From an uncultured Erysipelotrichaceae bacterium (lineage in GTDB: Bacteria > Bacillota_I > Bacilli_A > RF39 > UBA660): a DNA stretch of 60,610 nt. The stretch lies in the NCBI GenBank assembly GCA_902801685.1, contig CADCIZ010000001.1, positions 1 through 60,610 of the forward strand, read 5' to 3'. The notes under the pieces are model-generated. The model made no database searches. It was given only the letters and a program-made list of their open reading frames with translations, and was not told the origin of the DNA. Of this stretch, positions 25,309 to 36,668 are shown piece after piece (position 1 is the first letter of the stretch; every line of letters starts with the position of its first letter). Position numbers and translations under genes: made by a program.

Positions 25309-26280
25309 TTATATCTTTTTCAAGAAATCATCAAGTAACATAATGATTTCTTCTTTTGTTTTTGTCTTAAATATTTTTTGTTTTAATTCTTTAGTACCAG
25401 GAATACCTTTTAAGTAATAGGCAATATGAGTACGCATTTCTAGAAGCGCTACTCTTTCAGGCTTGGTATTAATTAATAAATCCATATGTTTTTTTATCAT
25501 ATCAAACTTCTCATTTATTGTTACTTCTTTAGGCAAAGTACCATCTTCTAAATATTCTACACATTCTTTAATAAGCCAAGGATTTCCTAGTATACCACGA
25601 CCTATCATTACTGCATCACAGTTAGTATAATCCATCATATATTTTGCATCATAACAAGACTTAATATCACCATTACCAATTACAGGAATAGATACACTAT
25701 CTTTTACTTTTTTTATTATATCTAAATCTACTTTACCACTATAGCCCTGAGCTCTAGTTCTACCATGGACTGTAATCGCACTAGCACCAGCCTTTTCCAC
25801 TACTTTAGCAATCTCTACCGCATTAATATGATTACTATCCCAACCACTTCTAATTTTAACAGTAACTGGAATAGATACAATATCAACAACATTTTTAACA
25901 ATATCGTATACTTTATCTGGATTTTTTAAAAGTGCACTACCAGCTTGAGCAGATACTGCAACCTTAGGCACAGGGCACCCCATGTTAATATCAATAATAT
26001 CCGGTTTCATATTCTTTTCAATATACTTAGCTGCTTTACAAAAAGAATCTACATCACTACCAAATATTTGTTGTGATATAGGTCTTTCAAAATCAGTCAT
26101 ATAAAGCATATCTATCGTTTTTTTATTACCATAAGTAATCGCCTTATCACTAACCATTTCTGCAACTATTAATCCTGCTCCCATCTCTTTAATAATAGTT
26201 CTATAAGCACTATTACTAATACCAGCCATTGGAGCCATTACTACATTATTCTTAACTTCTACATTTCCTATTTTAAACAT
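25309..26280 (-). CDS. dusB: tRNA-dihydrouridine synthase B
   Basis: VVMAPMAGISNSAYR, DINMGCPV and ITVHGRTR. dusB-lysS synteny is as in Bacillus. Confidence 0.9.
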   Translation of the reverse strand: MFKIGNVEVKNNVVMAPMAGISNSAYRTIIKEMGAGLIVAEMVSDKAITYGNKKTIDMLYMTDFERPISQQIFGSDVDSFCKAAKYIEKNMKPDIIDINMGCPVPKVAVSAQAGSALLKNPDKVYDIVKNVVDIVSIPVTVKIRSGWDSNHINAVEIAKVVEKAGASAITVHGRTRAQGYSGKVDLDIIKKVKDSVSIPVIGNGDIKSCYDAKYMMDYTNCDAVMIGRGILGNPWLIKECVEYLEDGTLPKEVTINEKFDMIKKHMDLLINTKPERVALLEMRTHIAYYLKGIPGTKELKQKIFKTKTKEEIIMLLDDFLKKI

Positions 26281-26287
26281 ACATCAC

Positions 26288-27061
26288 CTATCTATATTTG
26301 ATATTATCTTTAATATCAGCATCGCTATCATCATTAATCAATTTCTCATAATACCTAACTTTTTCTTTATTAACTCTAACATCTTTTTTTACACCAAATA
26401 AATCCTTGTTTAATATATCTATTTCTTTTTTTATAGACTCACTAAAATCTTTGTACTCTTTATCCATTATATTAATATCTCTTAAATCTTGTTTGTATTT
26501 TTTAATTTTAAAATATCTAATTAATACTAATATAACTTCTAAATAAATAATTGATACCAGCATAATAGAAAAATACATACTATATATCATTAGTAATCCA
26601 GCAATTATCATTAATAATATATTTACTTTATCAATAACTCTAAATCTTTTTAATCTAATTATTTTAGACTTAATTAATTTCTCATTTAACTTTAACGTGT
26701 TATATAAAATTAAAGAAGAATTATATTCTATAAACAACTTGTATTCATCGTGATTGCCTTTTTCAATCTTTTTATTTAAAGAATTAATCTCGCTATTTAA
26801 CTTAGTAATTAAAGTAGTAATATTAATAACATCTACACTACTTTTACTATTATTCTTTATAGCAGTATCCTCATTATTCTTAATACTAACTGTATTACTC
26901 TCTAACTCTTTTTTAACTTCATTAATAAGTTTCATAACAGTATCATCACCATTATTTAAATCAGGGTGATACTTCTTAATTAACTTCTTTAATCTTTTTT
27001 TAACACTACTATCATATACACCATTATACTTTAAATAAGTATAAATCTCTTTTTTAGTCAT
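26288..27061 (-). CDS. J-domain (DnaJ-like) membrane protein
   Basis: KKLIKKYHPDLNNGD (HPD motif), a coiled-coil segment and two TM helices (ILLMIIAGLLMIYSMYFSIMLVSIIYLEVILVLI). Confidence 0.65.
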   Translation of the reverse strand: MTKKEIYTYLKYNGVYDSSVKKRLKKLIKKYHPDLNNGDDTVMKLINEVKKELESNTVSIKNNEDTAIKNNSKSSVDVINITTLITKLNSEINSLNKKIEKGNHDEYKLFIEYNSSLILYNTLKLNEKLIKSKIIRLKRFRVIDKVNILLMIIAGLLMIYSMYFSIMLVSIIYLEVILVLIRYFKIKKYKQDLRDINIMDKEYKDFSESIKKEIDILNKDLFGVKKDVRVNKEKVRYYEKLINDDSDADIKDNIKYR

Positions 27062-27068
27062 ACTACTC

Positions 27069-27941
27069 CTATTTATTAATATAATCTAATACATCACAAA
27101 CTGTATTATTAAAATTATCAAAATCTACATCAAACCACTTAACAGGTAATTGATGATTAAAGAATGTATATTGTCTTTTAGCATAATGTCTACTATTTTG
27201 TTTTATCTTATCAAGACATATCTCTAGATTACTGCTTCCATCAAAGTATGGAAATAACTCTTTATAACCAATTGGAGTCATTACCGCTTTACTCCTAATA
27301 TTTGTATCATATATTCTTTTAGCTTCTTCTAATAATCCAGATTTAACCATTGCATCTACTCTTTTATTTATTCTATCATATAAAATTCTTCTATCGGTAG
27401 TAAGACCAATAAATAATGTATCATACAAAAGTTCATTAGTTTTTTCTTTTTTACTATATGGCTTATTTGTAGTTTCCATATAGTTTAACGCTCTAATAAG
27501 TCTTTTTCGATTATTCTTATGGATATTATTCTCTTTATCTAAACGAACTACCCTATTATATAACTCTTCATTACTTAAATCATCATAAGTATTGTTATCA
27601 TCATTAACAAACTCATAATTATATAAAGCAGACCTAATATATAATCCAGTTCCTCCTACAAGTATTGGTGTCTTACCTCTACTTAATATATCATCTATTA
27701 ACTCTCTACAATCTAATTGATAATCATATATAGAATAATCATCAGTTATATCTTTTATATCAAACAAATGATGAGGAATACCTTCTTTTTCCTCCTCCGT
27801 TACTTTTGCGGTTGCGATATCTAAATTTTTATATACCTGAGTAGAATCAGCATTAATAATTTCTCCATTAATTTTTTTTGCTAATTCTACACTTAGTTTT
27901 GTCTTTCCTACACAAGTAGGGCCTAATATTACTATTACCAT
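27069..27941 (-). CDS. miaA: tRNA dimethylallyltransferase
   Basis: VIVILGPTCVGKTKLSVELAKKINGEIINADSTQVY and GGTGLYIRS. Confidence 0.9.
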   Translation of the reverse strand: MVIVILGPTCVGKTKLSVELAKKINGEIINADSTQVYKNLDIATAKVTEEEKEGIPHHLFDIKDITDDYSIYDYQLDCRELIDDILSRGKTPILVGGTGLYIRSALYNYEFVNDDNNTYDDLSNEELYNRVVRLDKENNIHKNNRKRLIRALNYMETTNKPYSKKEKTNELLYDTLFIGLTTDRRILYDRINKRVDAMVKSGLLEEAKRIYDTNIRSKAVMTPIGYKELFPYFDGSSNLEICLDKIKQNSRHYAKRQYTFFNHQLPVKWFDVDFDNFNNTVCDVLDYINK

Positions 27942-27944
27942 AAA

Positions 27945-28982
27945 TCACCTTTTTTTACTATTTTTATTAACAAAATCAGATATATTATGCACTACTTTAT
28001 CTATAAAGTCATCAGTTGTAATATCAATATTTAACATATTTAAAAATTCAAATAAACTAGTGCTCTCATACTTTTTTGTATTTATATTATCTGTAATATC
28101 AATAATACAATTAATATCAAAATCATAAAAAGCAAGCATTCCCCCTAATATATATCTATACCCATCACTTAAATACTTAGATTGTTCCATTACAATATCA
28201 ATAGAATCTATATTTTCATCGTCTTTCATACTTGCATTTACACATTCAGATTCAGTAATTTTAAATTTTTCTAATACATTATTACAATACCTTTCAAAAT
28301 TATCTTTATCAATCTTATAAAAATATTTACTAAATAATTCACTGGTTTTTTCATCAATGCTTCCAAAGTTATAGTAGGAAACCAATAAAGGATAACTATA
28401 TATAAAATTATATAAATCATCAAGCAATAAGTCTACAGTTACATGAGGATTTATCTCTTCTTCTGGTATTTCTTTATCCATTAAATACTTAATAGCATAT
28501 AATTCAAACTTTCTAGCTATAAACTCTTCTAATATGTAACCTATATTAGTACTTTTTTTGCCCTTAATATTAATATAGTGAGCAAATTCGTGCACCAACT
28601 TTATAACATCTTGATAATTATACTCTCTCATTATATTAATAAGTCCAATATTTTTATCATCTAAATTTAAAAAATAATTATCTTCTTCGCCATTAAAACT
28701 AAAATTTAATTCTCCATTATTCATAATTTTATCAAATGAATTTAAATAAATTGGATTAATAGATTCTATTATCTCTCTTGCAATATTATATACATCCATA
28801 AATGTTAAATCATTTGTAACTTGATAATATTCAGTATCTATATCCTGTAACTTATTATATAATTTCTCACTTAATAAAAATATTAAATTATAGTTTTCTA
28901 ATAGAAATTTATCTTCTTCTTCCATATATTTAAATATCTCATTTAAATAACTGTTTAATTTCTGATAATCTTCTTTTTTCAT
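27945..28982 (-). CDS. Hypothetical protein with an HExxH motif (possible metallopeptidase)
   Basis: VHEFAHYIN is the only recognisable motif. No signal peptide. Confidence 0.35.
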   Translation of the reverse strand: MKKEDYQKLNSYLNEIFKYMEEEDKFLLENYNLIFLLSEKLYNKLQDIDTEYYQVTNDLTFMDVYNIAREIIESINPIYLNSFDKIMNNGELNFSFNGEEDNYFLNLDDKNIGLINIMREYNYQDVIKLVHEFAHYINIKGKKSTNIGYILEEFIARKFELYAIKYLMDKEIPEEEINPHVTVDLLLDDLYNFIYSYPLLVSYYNFGSIDEKTSELFSKYFYKIDKDNFERYCNNVLEKFKITESECVNASMKDDENIDSIDIVMEQSKYLSDGYRYILGGMLAFYDFDINCIIDITDNINTKKYESTSLFEFLNMLNIDITTDDFIDKVVHNISDFVNKNSKKR

Positions 28983-28987
28983 ATAAC

Positions 28988-30010
28988 CTACTTTATAAAC
29001 ATGCTATCGCCAAATGAAAAGAAACGATATTTATTTTTAATAGCCTCATTATAAGCATTCATTATTATTTCTTTAGAAGATAATGCACTGACTAACATAA
29101 GTAGAGTAGATTTAGGAAGATGAAAATTAGTAATTAATGCATCAACACCCTTAAACTTATATCCTGGATAAATAAATATATCAGTAAATCCACTACATTC
29201 TTTAAATTCTCCATACATGCTCATTATAGTCTCTAAAGTTCTAGTTGTAGTAGTCCCAACACTAACTATTCTCTTACCATTTTTTTTAGCATCATTTAAA
29301 ACACAAGCAGTATCTTTATCCATAGAATAAAACTCACTATGCATCTTATGCTTAGTTACATCTTCTACATTTACTGGTCTAAATGTACCAAGACCTACAT
29401 GAAGCGTTATAAATACAATTTGAATTCCTTTATCTCTAATCTTATCCATTAATTCTTTAGTAAAATGTAATCCAGCTGTTGGAGCAGCAGCACTTCCAAT
29501 ATTTTTTGCATATACAGTTTGATATCTGTCTTTATCTTTTAATTTTTCATGAATATATGGAGGAAGTGGCATCTCTCCTAGTTCATCGAGTATTTCATAT
29601 AGTATTCCATCATAAATTAACTTAAATACTCTAATACCTTCGTCTCTAATCTCCAAACATTCTGCTTTTAATTTATTACTAAAGTTAACAATAGTTCCAA
29701 CTTTAATTCTTTTAGCTGGCTTAACTAAACATTGCCATATATCTTTTTCTTCTTCCTTTAACATAAGTATTTCAATTGCAGCATCAGTATCCTCTTTTAC
29801 TCCATATAGTCTAGCTGGAATTACTTTAGTATCATTCATAACTAAAATATCATTACTATCTAAATCATCTATAATTTCATTAAAATGAGTATGTTTTATA
29901 TCACCTGTATTTTTATCTAATATCATTAATTTAGAATTATCACGCTTTTCTAGTGGAGATTGCGCAATTAACTCTTCTGGTAGTTCGTAATTAAAATCTT
30001 CCGTCTTCAT
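28988..30010 (-). CDS. queA: S-adenosylmethionine:tRNA ribosyltransferase-isomerase
   Basis: [32 protein letters not shown] and [10 protein letters not shown]. Start at the internal ATG (MKTEDF). Confidence 0.9.
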   Translation of the reverse strand: MKTEDFNYELPEELIAQSPLEKRDNSKLMILDKNTGDIKHTHFNEIIDDLDSNDILVMNDTKVIPARLYGVKEDTDAAIEILMLKEEEKDIWQCLVKPAKRIKVGTIVNFSNKLKAECLEIRDEGIRVFKLIYDGILYEILDELGEMPLPPYIHEKLKDKDRYQTVYAKNIGSAAAPTAGLHFTKELMDKIRDKGIQIVFITLHVGLGTFRPVNVEDVTKHKMHSEFYSMDKDTACVLNDAKKNGKRIVSVGTTTTRTLETIMSMYGEFKECSGFTDIFIYPGYKFKGVDALITNFHLPKSTLLMLVSALSSKEIIMNAYNEAIKNKYRFFSFGDSMFIK

Positions 30011-30041
30011 CAAATCACCGCTCATATTTTAACATGTTTTG

Positions 30042-30069
30042 AAAAAAAAAGAAACTACATTGTAGTTTC
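30042..30069 (-). terminator. Terminator after the 1025-aa surface protein gene
   Basis: GAAACTA..TAGTTTC hairpin followed by T9 on the minus strand. Confidence 0.75.
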
Positions 30070-30128
30070 CCTCTTAGATTACTTACTACTAAATTTTTAA
30101 TGTTTTACCATCAAACACCCCGATCGAA

Positions 30129-33100
30129 TCATCTATAGCCACAATCTTTACATCTGTATATTTCTGTTGTTCTATATATTTTTGCCTCAGAATATGCCAT
30201 TCTACTACACTTACTATCTTTATATATTTCAATCATTCCTGCAACAACGCTTTGATCAACTGTTAAATGCGGTTCAAAGAATTCATCGTCAGTTATTTTC
30301 CAACATGCAGAATGTCTCCAGCTATTAAATGCTTGATTCCGGAAAACAGGCATTCCAAAACCATCACCATCATCGTAGTATACACTTGAAAATCCTATAT
30401 AATTATCTATAAAATCTTTATCAGATATATTTGGATTAAGATTCCTTTTATAATAAGCCCATCTATAATAATATGTGTTTTCTTTATCATTAATTTTGAA
30501 ACTAATTGGAATATTTATTACAGTACCTTTAGATAATTGATTATAACCGAATTTTCCAATTATAACCTCAACAGGATTATCAGTCCATTGAGCAATAAAA
30601 GATAATGTTTCTCCATTTATATTTGATGTTCTTGACAAAATATCATTGTCATTATAAATAACATAGCCATATTTTTTACAGTACGATTCATCTAGAAAGC
30701 CTTGAGAATTTTTATCTGAATTTTTATAACATACATACTTTCCAGTACTATTTTTAACCTTATATCCAACTAAATCATAACCATCAAGTTTATATATTTC
30801 AGGCAATCCAGCATAATTAGTCTTATTCTTATAATTATAAATAAAAGTTAAAAGATTACTATATTTGTAATTTGAAACATCATCTTGTGGGTTTAAAACT
30901 GAACTATTTAATATACGAGCTTTTCCTCCATTTGCATCATATTTTACATTAAATGTTTGCAATTTATATCTAATTTTATTATCTTTCTCATTATCATATT
31001 GTATTTCTCTTTTACAGTTTGAATCACTATACAAAACAACTCTAGCGTTTACGGTATTTTCAGTTCCATTATAACTAGGACCACCACTATTATTCTTTCC
31101 TGTTACTTTAACAGAAAACATTTTATTTACACTTCCAGATAGTGGTACTTTAGCACACTCTGATATTTGACTATCACGTTGATGAAAACTATATTTTGGA
31201 TAACCAATTTCAGAAATATAATCACCTCCTGCAATGAATTTATAGTAATAATCATTCTTTTTATCAGCAATGTTAAAATCAATTTTAAAGTACAAATCAG
31301 AATTATTAGGTACATAATTCTTTTCAGATATTTTATTATCTACAGTTGCTTTTCCATTTTGAATATTAGTTGTTACCGCCTTAATTGGAGTAATTGTAAT
31401 ACTTTTCTTATCAATTCCAGGATATGAATATGCACCACTTTTATCCTCTAAATATTTATATTTACATTTTGAATCACTATATATTACAACCTTATTCTCT
31501 CTATATCCATTTAGAACAAAAGAACCATCAATGCTATCTGAAGTAACCTTTTTACAACTAGAACTATAGTCAAGTTTTCCATCTAAATAATTTGATAATA
31601 TATAATAATAATCGTTTTCTTTATCTTTTAAATAAAATTCAATTTTCATCTTAAATAAAGAATCTTTTTCAACTTTTTCTCTTTTTTCATTAGCATAAAA
31701 ACGAACACTAACACCATTTGTACAATCTTTACATTTGTATTTACTACTTTTTGAACTATTTAAAATGTATCGAGAACAATCGGAATTACTATATACAGCA
31801 ACTTCAATACTACGAGTTCCATCAATAATAATAGGATAGAATGCTTTATTACCCTCTATTTTTTTACACTCACTTTTTATAGAATTATCCTGACTATCAT
31901 ATAATTTACTATTCACTTTATAATAATATGAATTACTATTATCATTAACATGAAAGTTTATTCCTACATTTACTTTAGTATTTTTTTTATAACTTGTATC
32001 ATTTTTTTCATCAAAACTGATATCCACAAGATTACATCCCAAACATATTTGCGTTTTAGTTTTAATTTCATCTTTATATTTATTTGTACATTTAGAATCT
32101 AAATATAATTGAACAATACCATATGTATATCCATTAACAGTTAAATCTCCTAAATTTGTATTTTTAGATATACGTTTGCATTCGGATTGATCAATAAGTT
32201 TATTATAATTATATGTATACCATTTATAATAAAATTGATTTTTTTGATTAGTATCAAAATATGAGCTAAAATTTACTTTAGTTCCTTTTTTTACAAGGTA
32301 TTCAAAACCTGAATCTAATTTTATAATTGTATGATCATCATCCTTGTCAAACCACTGAGCATAGAATATCAAAACATCATTATTAATAATCGGAAGTCTT
32401 TGTATATATGCTTCATCATCAAATTGAACTTTTCCTGTTTTATCACCATTTTGAAATACATAATTTGAATTTGAAACACTATTATCTGTTCCTTCATAAT
32501 ATAACCATTTTCTTTGAACAGTACTATAAACATTCCAACCAACAAAAAATTTATTACCATTGATAAATTTATTTTTACTTATTCTTATTTTTTCATGAGA
32601 AGATAAAACTAATTCTGGCATTATTCCCTCGCCACCATTAGCATCAAATTTTATTGTATATTGTTCTTTTTCTTTTGCTTTAGCATTTACAATATCTTTT
32701 TTTATACACCAAGTTCCATTTAATGTGTATCCAACTTTACAATTTCTCTCTACACCAATTGTATCTGAATATACATTTCCCATTGAACCATTGCCACCAA
32801 AGTATTCTTTAAGGAGTGTTAAATCATTATCAAATATTTCATCATCCTTACTTATATCAGCAGCTAATATTTGTTCTTCAGTAAATTCTGGATTTTCTTC
32901 ATCAAATGCCTTATCGACATAAATACTCATCACTTTCAAGTCTGCTTCTGTTACTTTATCATCACCATCTAAATCACCTAATAAAATTGATTTTTCTTTT
33001 ATTTCTTTTACACAATTAGTACCTTCTAAATTATATGATGAATCTTCACAGTAATACTCTGTAACGGAATCCCCCATTAAACCAGATAAACTATTGGTTG

Positions 33101-33206
33101 CAATTAATATAATTCCAACTCCAATAAATAATACTGATAATCCAATTATCAATAAAAATTTCTTTTTACTATCTTTATTTAATAACCCTATATTTTTTTT
33201 AAACAT
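30129..33206 (-). CDS. Large secreted/anchored repeat protein (dockerin-like pair, two Listeria-Bacteroides-type repeats, five Cys-bounded ~100-150-aa modules)
   Basis: N-terminal TM; GDLDGDDKVTEADLKV plus DISKDDEIFDNDLTLL. YTIKFDANGGEG..FVGWNV and FNVKYDANGGKA..LVGYKV are Flg_new-like repeats. The motifs ..N.YYYK.. and ..VxxYSDSxC.. each recur 5 times. Confidence 0.6.
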   Translation of the reverse strand: MFKKNIGLLNKDSKKKFLLIIGLSVLFIGVGIILIATNSLSGLMGDSVTEYYCEDSSYNLEGTNCVKEIKEKSILLGDLDGDDKVTEADLKVMSIYVDKAFDEENPEFTEEQILAADISKDDEIFDNDLTLLKEYFGGNGSMGNVYSDTIGVERNCKVGYTLNGTWCIKKDIVNAKAKEKEQYTIKFDANGGEGIMPELVLSSHEKIRISKNKFINGNKFFVGWNVYSTVQRKWLYYEGTDNSVSNSNYVFQNGDKTGKVQFDDEAYIQRLPIINNDVLIFYAQWFDKDDDHTIIKLDSGFEYLVKKGTKVNFSSYFDTNQKNQFYYKWYTYNYNKLIDQSECKRISKNTNLGDLTVNGYTYGIVQLYLDSKCTNKYKDEIKTKTQICLGCNLVDISFDEKNDTSYKKNTKVNVGINFHVNDNSNSYYYKVNSKLYDSQDNSIKSECKKIEGNKAFYPIIIDGTRSIEVAVYSNSDCSRYILNSSKSSKYKCKDCTNGVSVRFYANEKREKVEKDSLFKMKIEFYLKDKENDYYYILSNYLDGKLDYSSSCKKVTSDSIDGSFVLNGYRENKVVIYSDSKCKYKYLEDKSGAYSYPGIDKKSITITPIKAVTTNIQNGKATVDNKISEKNYVPNNSDLYFKIDFNIADKKNDYYYKFIAGGDYISEIGYPKYSFHQRDSQISECAKVPLSGSVNKMFSVKVTGKNNSGGPSYNGTENTVNARVVLYSDSNCKREIQYDNEKDNKIRYKLQTFNVKYDANGGKARILNSSVLNPQDDVSNYKYSNLLTFIYNYKNKTNYAGLPEIYKLDGYDLVGYKVKNSTGKYVCYKNSDKNSQGFLDESYCKKYGYVIYNDNDILSRTSNINGETLSFIAQWTDNPVEVIIGKFGYNQLSKGTVINIPISFKINDKENTYYYRWAYYKRNLNPNISDKDFIDNYIGFSSVYYDDGDGFGMPVFRNQAFNSWRHSACWKITDDEFFEPHLTVDQSVVAGMIEIYKDSKCSRMAYSEAKIYRTTEIYRCKDCGYR

Positions 33207-33274
33207 AACATCTTCCCTACCTTTATACTAAGTCTATCACACACTAAAAAAATATCAATTAATAATCGATATTT

Positions 33275-34282
33275 TTATAAATTCATTAAGTACTTTGCAG
33301 TTCTTACCATCTGATATGTATAACTTGCTTCATTATCATACCATGCAACTACTTGAACTTGATATAAATTATCACTAATTTTAGTTACCATTGTTTGAGT
33401 CGCATCGAATAAAGAACCATAAGTAATACCAATAATATCTGTTGATACAAGTAACTCTTCTGTATAACCAAAAGACTCAGTAGAATGTGCTTTCATATAA
33501 TTATTAATACTATCTACAGTTACATTATCTCCTTCTACAACTGCAACAAGTATAGTAGTTGAACCTGTTGGAACTGGTACTCTTTGTGCAGAACCAATAA
33601 GCTTTCCTTTTAATTCAGGTATAACAAGTCCAATGGCTTTAGCAGCTCCAGTTGAGTTTGGAACAATATTTACTGCTCCAGCTCTAGCTCTTCTTAAATC
33701 GCCTTTACGATGCGGTCCATCAAGTAACATCTGATCTCCTGTATATGCATGAACTGTTGTCATAATACCACTTTTAATAGGATATAAATTATTTAGATTA
33801 TAAGCCATAGGCGCAAGACAATTAGTTGTACATGAAGCAGCAGAAATAATAGAATCATTACTATCTAACGTATTCTCATTAACTCCATACACAATAGTCT
33901 TTAAGTCATCTCCTGCAGGTGCCGATATTATTACTTTCTTAGCTCCAGCATTTATATGAGCACTTGCCTTTTCTTTGCTTGTAAAAAATCCAGTACATTC
34001 AAATACTACATCGATATCAAGTTCTCCCCATGGTAAATTATTAGGATCAGACTCCTTATAAATCTTAATCTCTTTACCGTCAACAATAATAGAATCTTCT
34101 GTACTTTCTATAGTATGTCCTTCATACCTTTTTTGTGCAGAATCATATTTAAGTAAATGCGCAAGCATATCTGGACTAGTTAAATCATTGATAGCTACTA
34201 TTTTCTTATCACTAGCCCCAAACATTTGTCTAAATGTTAACCTTCCTATTCTTCCAAAACCATTAATTGCAATTTTAATCAT
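33275..34282 (-). CDS. gap: Type I glyceraldehyde-3-phosphate dehydrogenase
   Basis: [11 protein letters not shown] and SCTTNCLAP (catalytic Cys). Confidence 0.95.
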   Translation of the reverse strand: MIKIAINGFGRIGRLTFRQMFGASDKKIVAINDLTSPDMLAHLLKYDSAQKRYEGHTIESTEDSIIVDGKEIKIYKESDPNNLPWGELDIDVVFECTGFFTSKEKASAHINAGAKKVIISAPAGDDLKTIVYGVNENTLDSNDSIISAASCTTNCLAPMAYNLNNLYPIKSGIMTTVHAYTGDQMLLDGPHRKGDLRRARAGAVNIVPNSTGAAKAIGLVIPELKGKLIGSAQRVPVPTGSTTILVAVVEGDNVTVDSINNYMKAHSTESFGYTEELLVSTDIIGITYGSLFDATQTMVTKISDNLYQVQVVAWYDNEASYTYQMVRTAKYLMNL

Positions 34283-34296
34283 ATATTTCCTCTTTT

Positions 34297-35946
34297 CTAT
34301 TTAAAACAACTTCCCCCAATAAATTCTCTTAATACTGAATTATTTGGTATATCATCACTAGGTATAGGTAAAAAATTATTTAAAAAATTTATTAATCTTA
34401 AAGCCTCTGAATATTCACTATCACCTTCACTTATACTGTAAAGTAAAGGCTCAGCATAAGTCTTTAATACACCAATTTCATAAAGCAAACTAGAATTAAT
34501 AGCGGCATCAACATTACTTTGATAAGGGTATATATTTTCAAGTTCTCCTTTTTGAATATCTGGCCACATATTAAGAGTTTCTAATGCACCCATTCCTCTA
34601 GTTTTAAAATCTCTAACTATTCTTCTTAACTTTCTAATATCACTTACATGTATTGGATTATGCGAATCAATATTAATACATGATAATGGGCTAATATATA
34701 TCCTAAACTTATATTTACTGTCAATATTTGTTACTAAAGAATCGTTCAAAGCATGTATTCCTTCTACAACGATTATATCATTTTTATTTATCTTTGTTGC
34801 TTCTTTTCTGTAGCCGCTTACTCCTTTTTCAAAATCATAGTATGGTAGATTAACTTCTTCTCCATCTAATAACGCTTTAATCTGTTTTTCAAACAACCTA
34901 GTATTTACTGCTTTAATAGATTCAAAATCATAACTACCATCAGGTAATCTATGTCTTTTATCTAAATCAGTAAAGTAATCATCAAGTGAAATTGATATAG
35001 TATTATAACCTCTAGTTTTTAAAAATATACTTAATTTCTTTGCACTTGTTGTCTTACCACTTGAGGAAGGACCAGCAAGAAGAATTAATCTACATTTTTT
35101 ACTAATTATAGTATCAGCTAAATTCATAAGTTGTCTATCATAATATGCCTCACTCATTAGTATTATGTCCTGAACTTTACCAAGAGATACTCTATTATTT
35201 AATTCAGAGACATTTTTAATGCCTATATTATTACTAAAATTAACAGCATCATGAAATATATCTTGTAATTTATTATGTTTAATTTCATCACTTAATTTAT
35301 ATGGATGATATACAGTTGGTAATTTTAATATATATCCATCATCTAGTTTACATACATCAAACAAGGTTATTTGACTAGTTGAATAAGCAAGTTTACCATA
35401 GAAATAATCATATATATTATCAATTCTATACAAATTAATATAAGTATTACTAATGTACTTTAAAATATTTGCCTTATCATACATTTTTTTCTTATTAAAG
35501 AAATTAATAGCTTCTAATCTTGACACAGTAAGATGTGTAAATAAATAGTCTTCATCTACAATCTTTTGAAATTCCGTGTTTATTCGTTTAGATGAGTCCC
35601 TATCATCCCTAACACCTTCTACTTTAAAATAAATACCTTTATCTTGAGAATGAACAATAACTACTTTCGCACGTGCACCAAACACACGCTTTACAGCAAG
35701 TATAAGAATAAATCTTGCACTCTTAGAGTAAACCTTATTTCCATATTCATCTCTTTTTGTAAAGAAACATATTTCTGAATCTTTTGTAATTATATTACTT
35801 AAATCAAGAAAATCCTCATTAACTTTAACCCCCAAGATTTTATCAGGGTAATCTTTTTCGAAGAATGTAGATATTTCCTTGAATGTTGTACCTTCCTTAA
35901 ATTCTAATTCTTTACCATTACAGATAACCTTATAGTACTTATCCAT
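34297..35946 (-). CDS. Nucleoside/uridine kinase family protein with an N-terminal TGS-like extension
   Basis: [18 protein letters not shown]-loop and [10 protein letters not shown]. At ~550 aa the architecture matches clostridial nucleoside kinases. Confidence 0.65.
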   Translation of the reverse strand: MDKYYKVICNGKELEFKEGTTFKEISTFFEKDYPDKILGVKVNEDFLDLSNIITKDSEICFFTKRDEYGNKVYSKSARFILILAVKRVFGARAKVVIVHSQDKGIYFKVEGVRDDRDSSKRINTEFQKIVDEDYLFTHLTVSRLEAINFFNKKKMYDKANILKYISNTYINLYRIDNIYDYFYGKLAYSTSQITLFDVCKLDDGYILKLPTVYHPYKLSDEIKHNKLQDIFHDAVNFSNNIGIKNVSELNNRVSLGKVQDIILMSEAYYDRQLMNLADTIISKKCRLILLAGPSSSGKTTSAKKLSIFLKTRGYNTISISLDDYFTDLDKRHRLPDGSYDFESIKAVNTRLFEKQIKALLDGEEVNLPYYDFEKGVSGYRKEATKINKNDIIVVEGIHALNDSLVTNIDSKYKFRIYISPLSCINIDSHNPIHVSDIRKLRRIVRDFKTRGMGALETLNMWPDIQKGELENIYPYQSNVDAAINSSLLYEIGVLKTYAEPLLYSISEGDSEYSEALRLINFLNNFLPIPSDDIPNNSVLREFIGGSCFK

Positions 35947-36064
35947 TATATCCCTCTATTCTTTAACTCTATATAATTATTTTATCAAAATCATAAATAT
36001 TTGTCACTAATTTTATTGAATAAAAAATTAATTTATTACTATTATAAGTATAGGAGGAGATTTA

Positions 36065-36628
36065 ATGATACCAACAGTAATAGAAAAAGAACCATCCGGA
36101 TTAAGGGCTTATGATGTTTATTCAAGATTGTTAAAAGATAGAATAATAATTCTAAATGGTGAAATCGATGACAATTTAGCTAACACAGTAGTCGCGCAAC
36201 TTTTATATTTAGATTCACTTAATACAAATGATATTAGTTTATATATTAACTCACCAGGTGGCTCAATTACAGCAGGTATGGCTATATACGATACAATGAA
36301 CTTTATAAAAAGCGATGTATCTACAATATGTATTGGAATGTGTGCATCTATGGCTGCTTTCTTGCTTAGTAGTGGAGAAAAAGGAAAAAGATATACCCTG
36401 CCAAATGGTGAGATTATGATACATCAACCATTAGGTGGCGCGCAAGGTCAAGCAACAGAAATAAAAATAGCCGCCGAAAGAATATTAAAACTAAAAGAAA
36501 AATTAAATAGAATATTATCAAAAAATACAAATCAAGACATAAAAAAAATAGAACAAGATACAGAGCGAGACTACTTTCTTGATGCAGAAGAAGCATTGGA
36601 ATATGGATTAATCGATAGAATGCTTTAA
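36065..36628 (+). CDS. clpP: ATP-dependent Clp protease proteolytic subunit
   Basis: [37 protein letters not shown] (catalytic Ser) and IMIHQPLGG (His). Confidence 0.95.
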   Translation: MIPTVIEKEPSGLRAYDVYSRLLKDRIIILNGEIDDNLANTVVAQLLYLDSLNTNDISLYINSPGGSITAGMAIYDTMNFIKSDVSTICIGMCASMAAFLLSSGEKGKRYTLPNGEIMIHQPLGGAQGQATEIKIAAERILKLKEKLNRILSKNTNQDIKKIEQDTERDYFLDAEEALEYGLIDRML

Positions 36629-36630
36629 AA

Positions 36631-36660
36631 CAGACTAACAACAGTCTGCTTTATTATTAT
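36631..36660 (+). terminator. Terminator after clpP
   Basis: CAGACT-aacaac-AGTCTG, then CTTTATTATT. Confidence 0.6.
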
Positions 36661-36668
36661 AGAAATAA

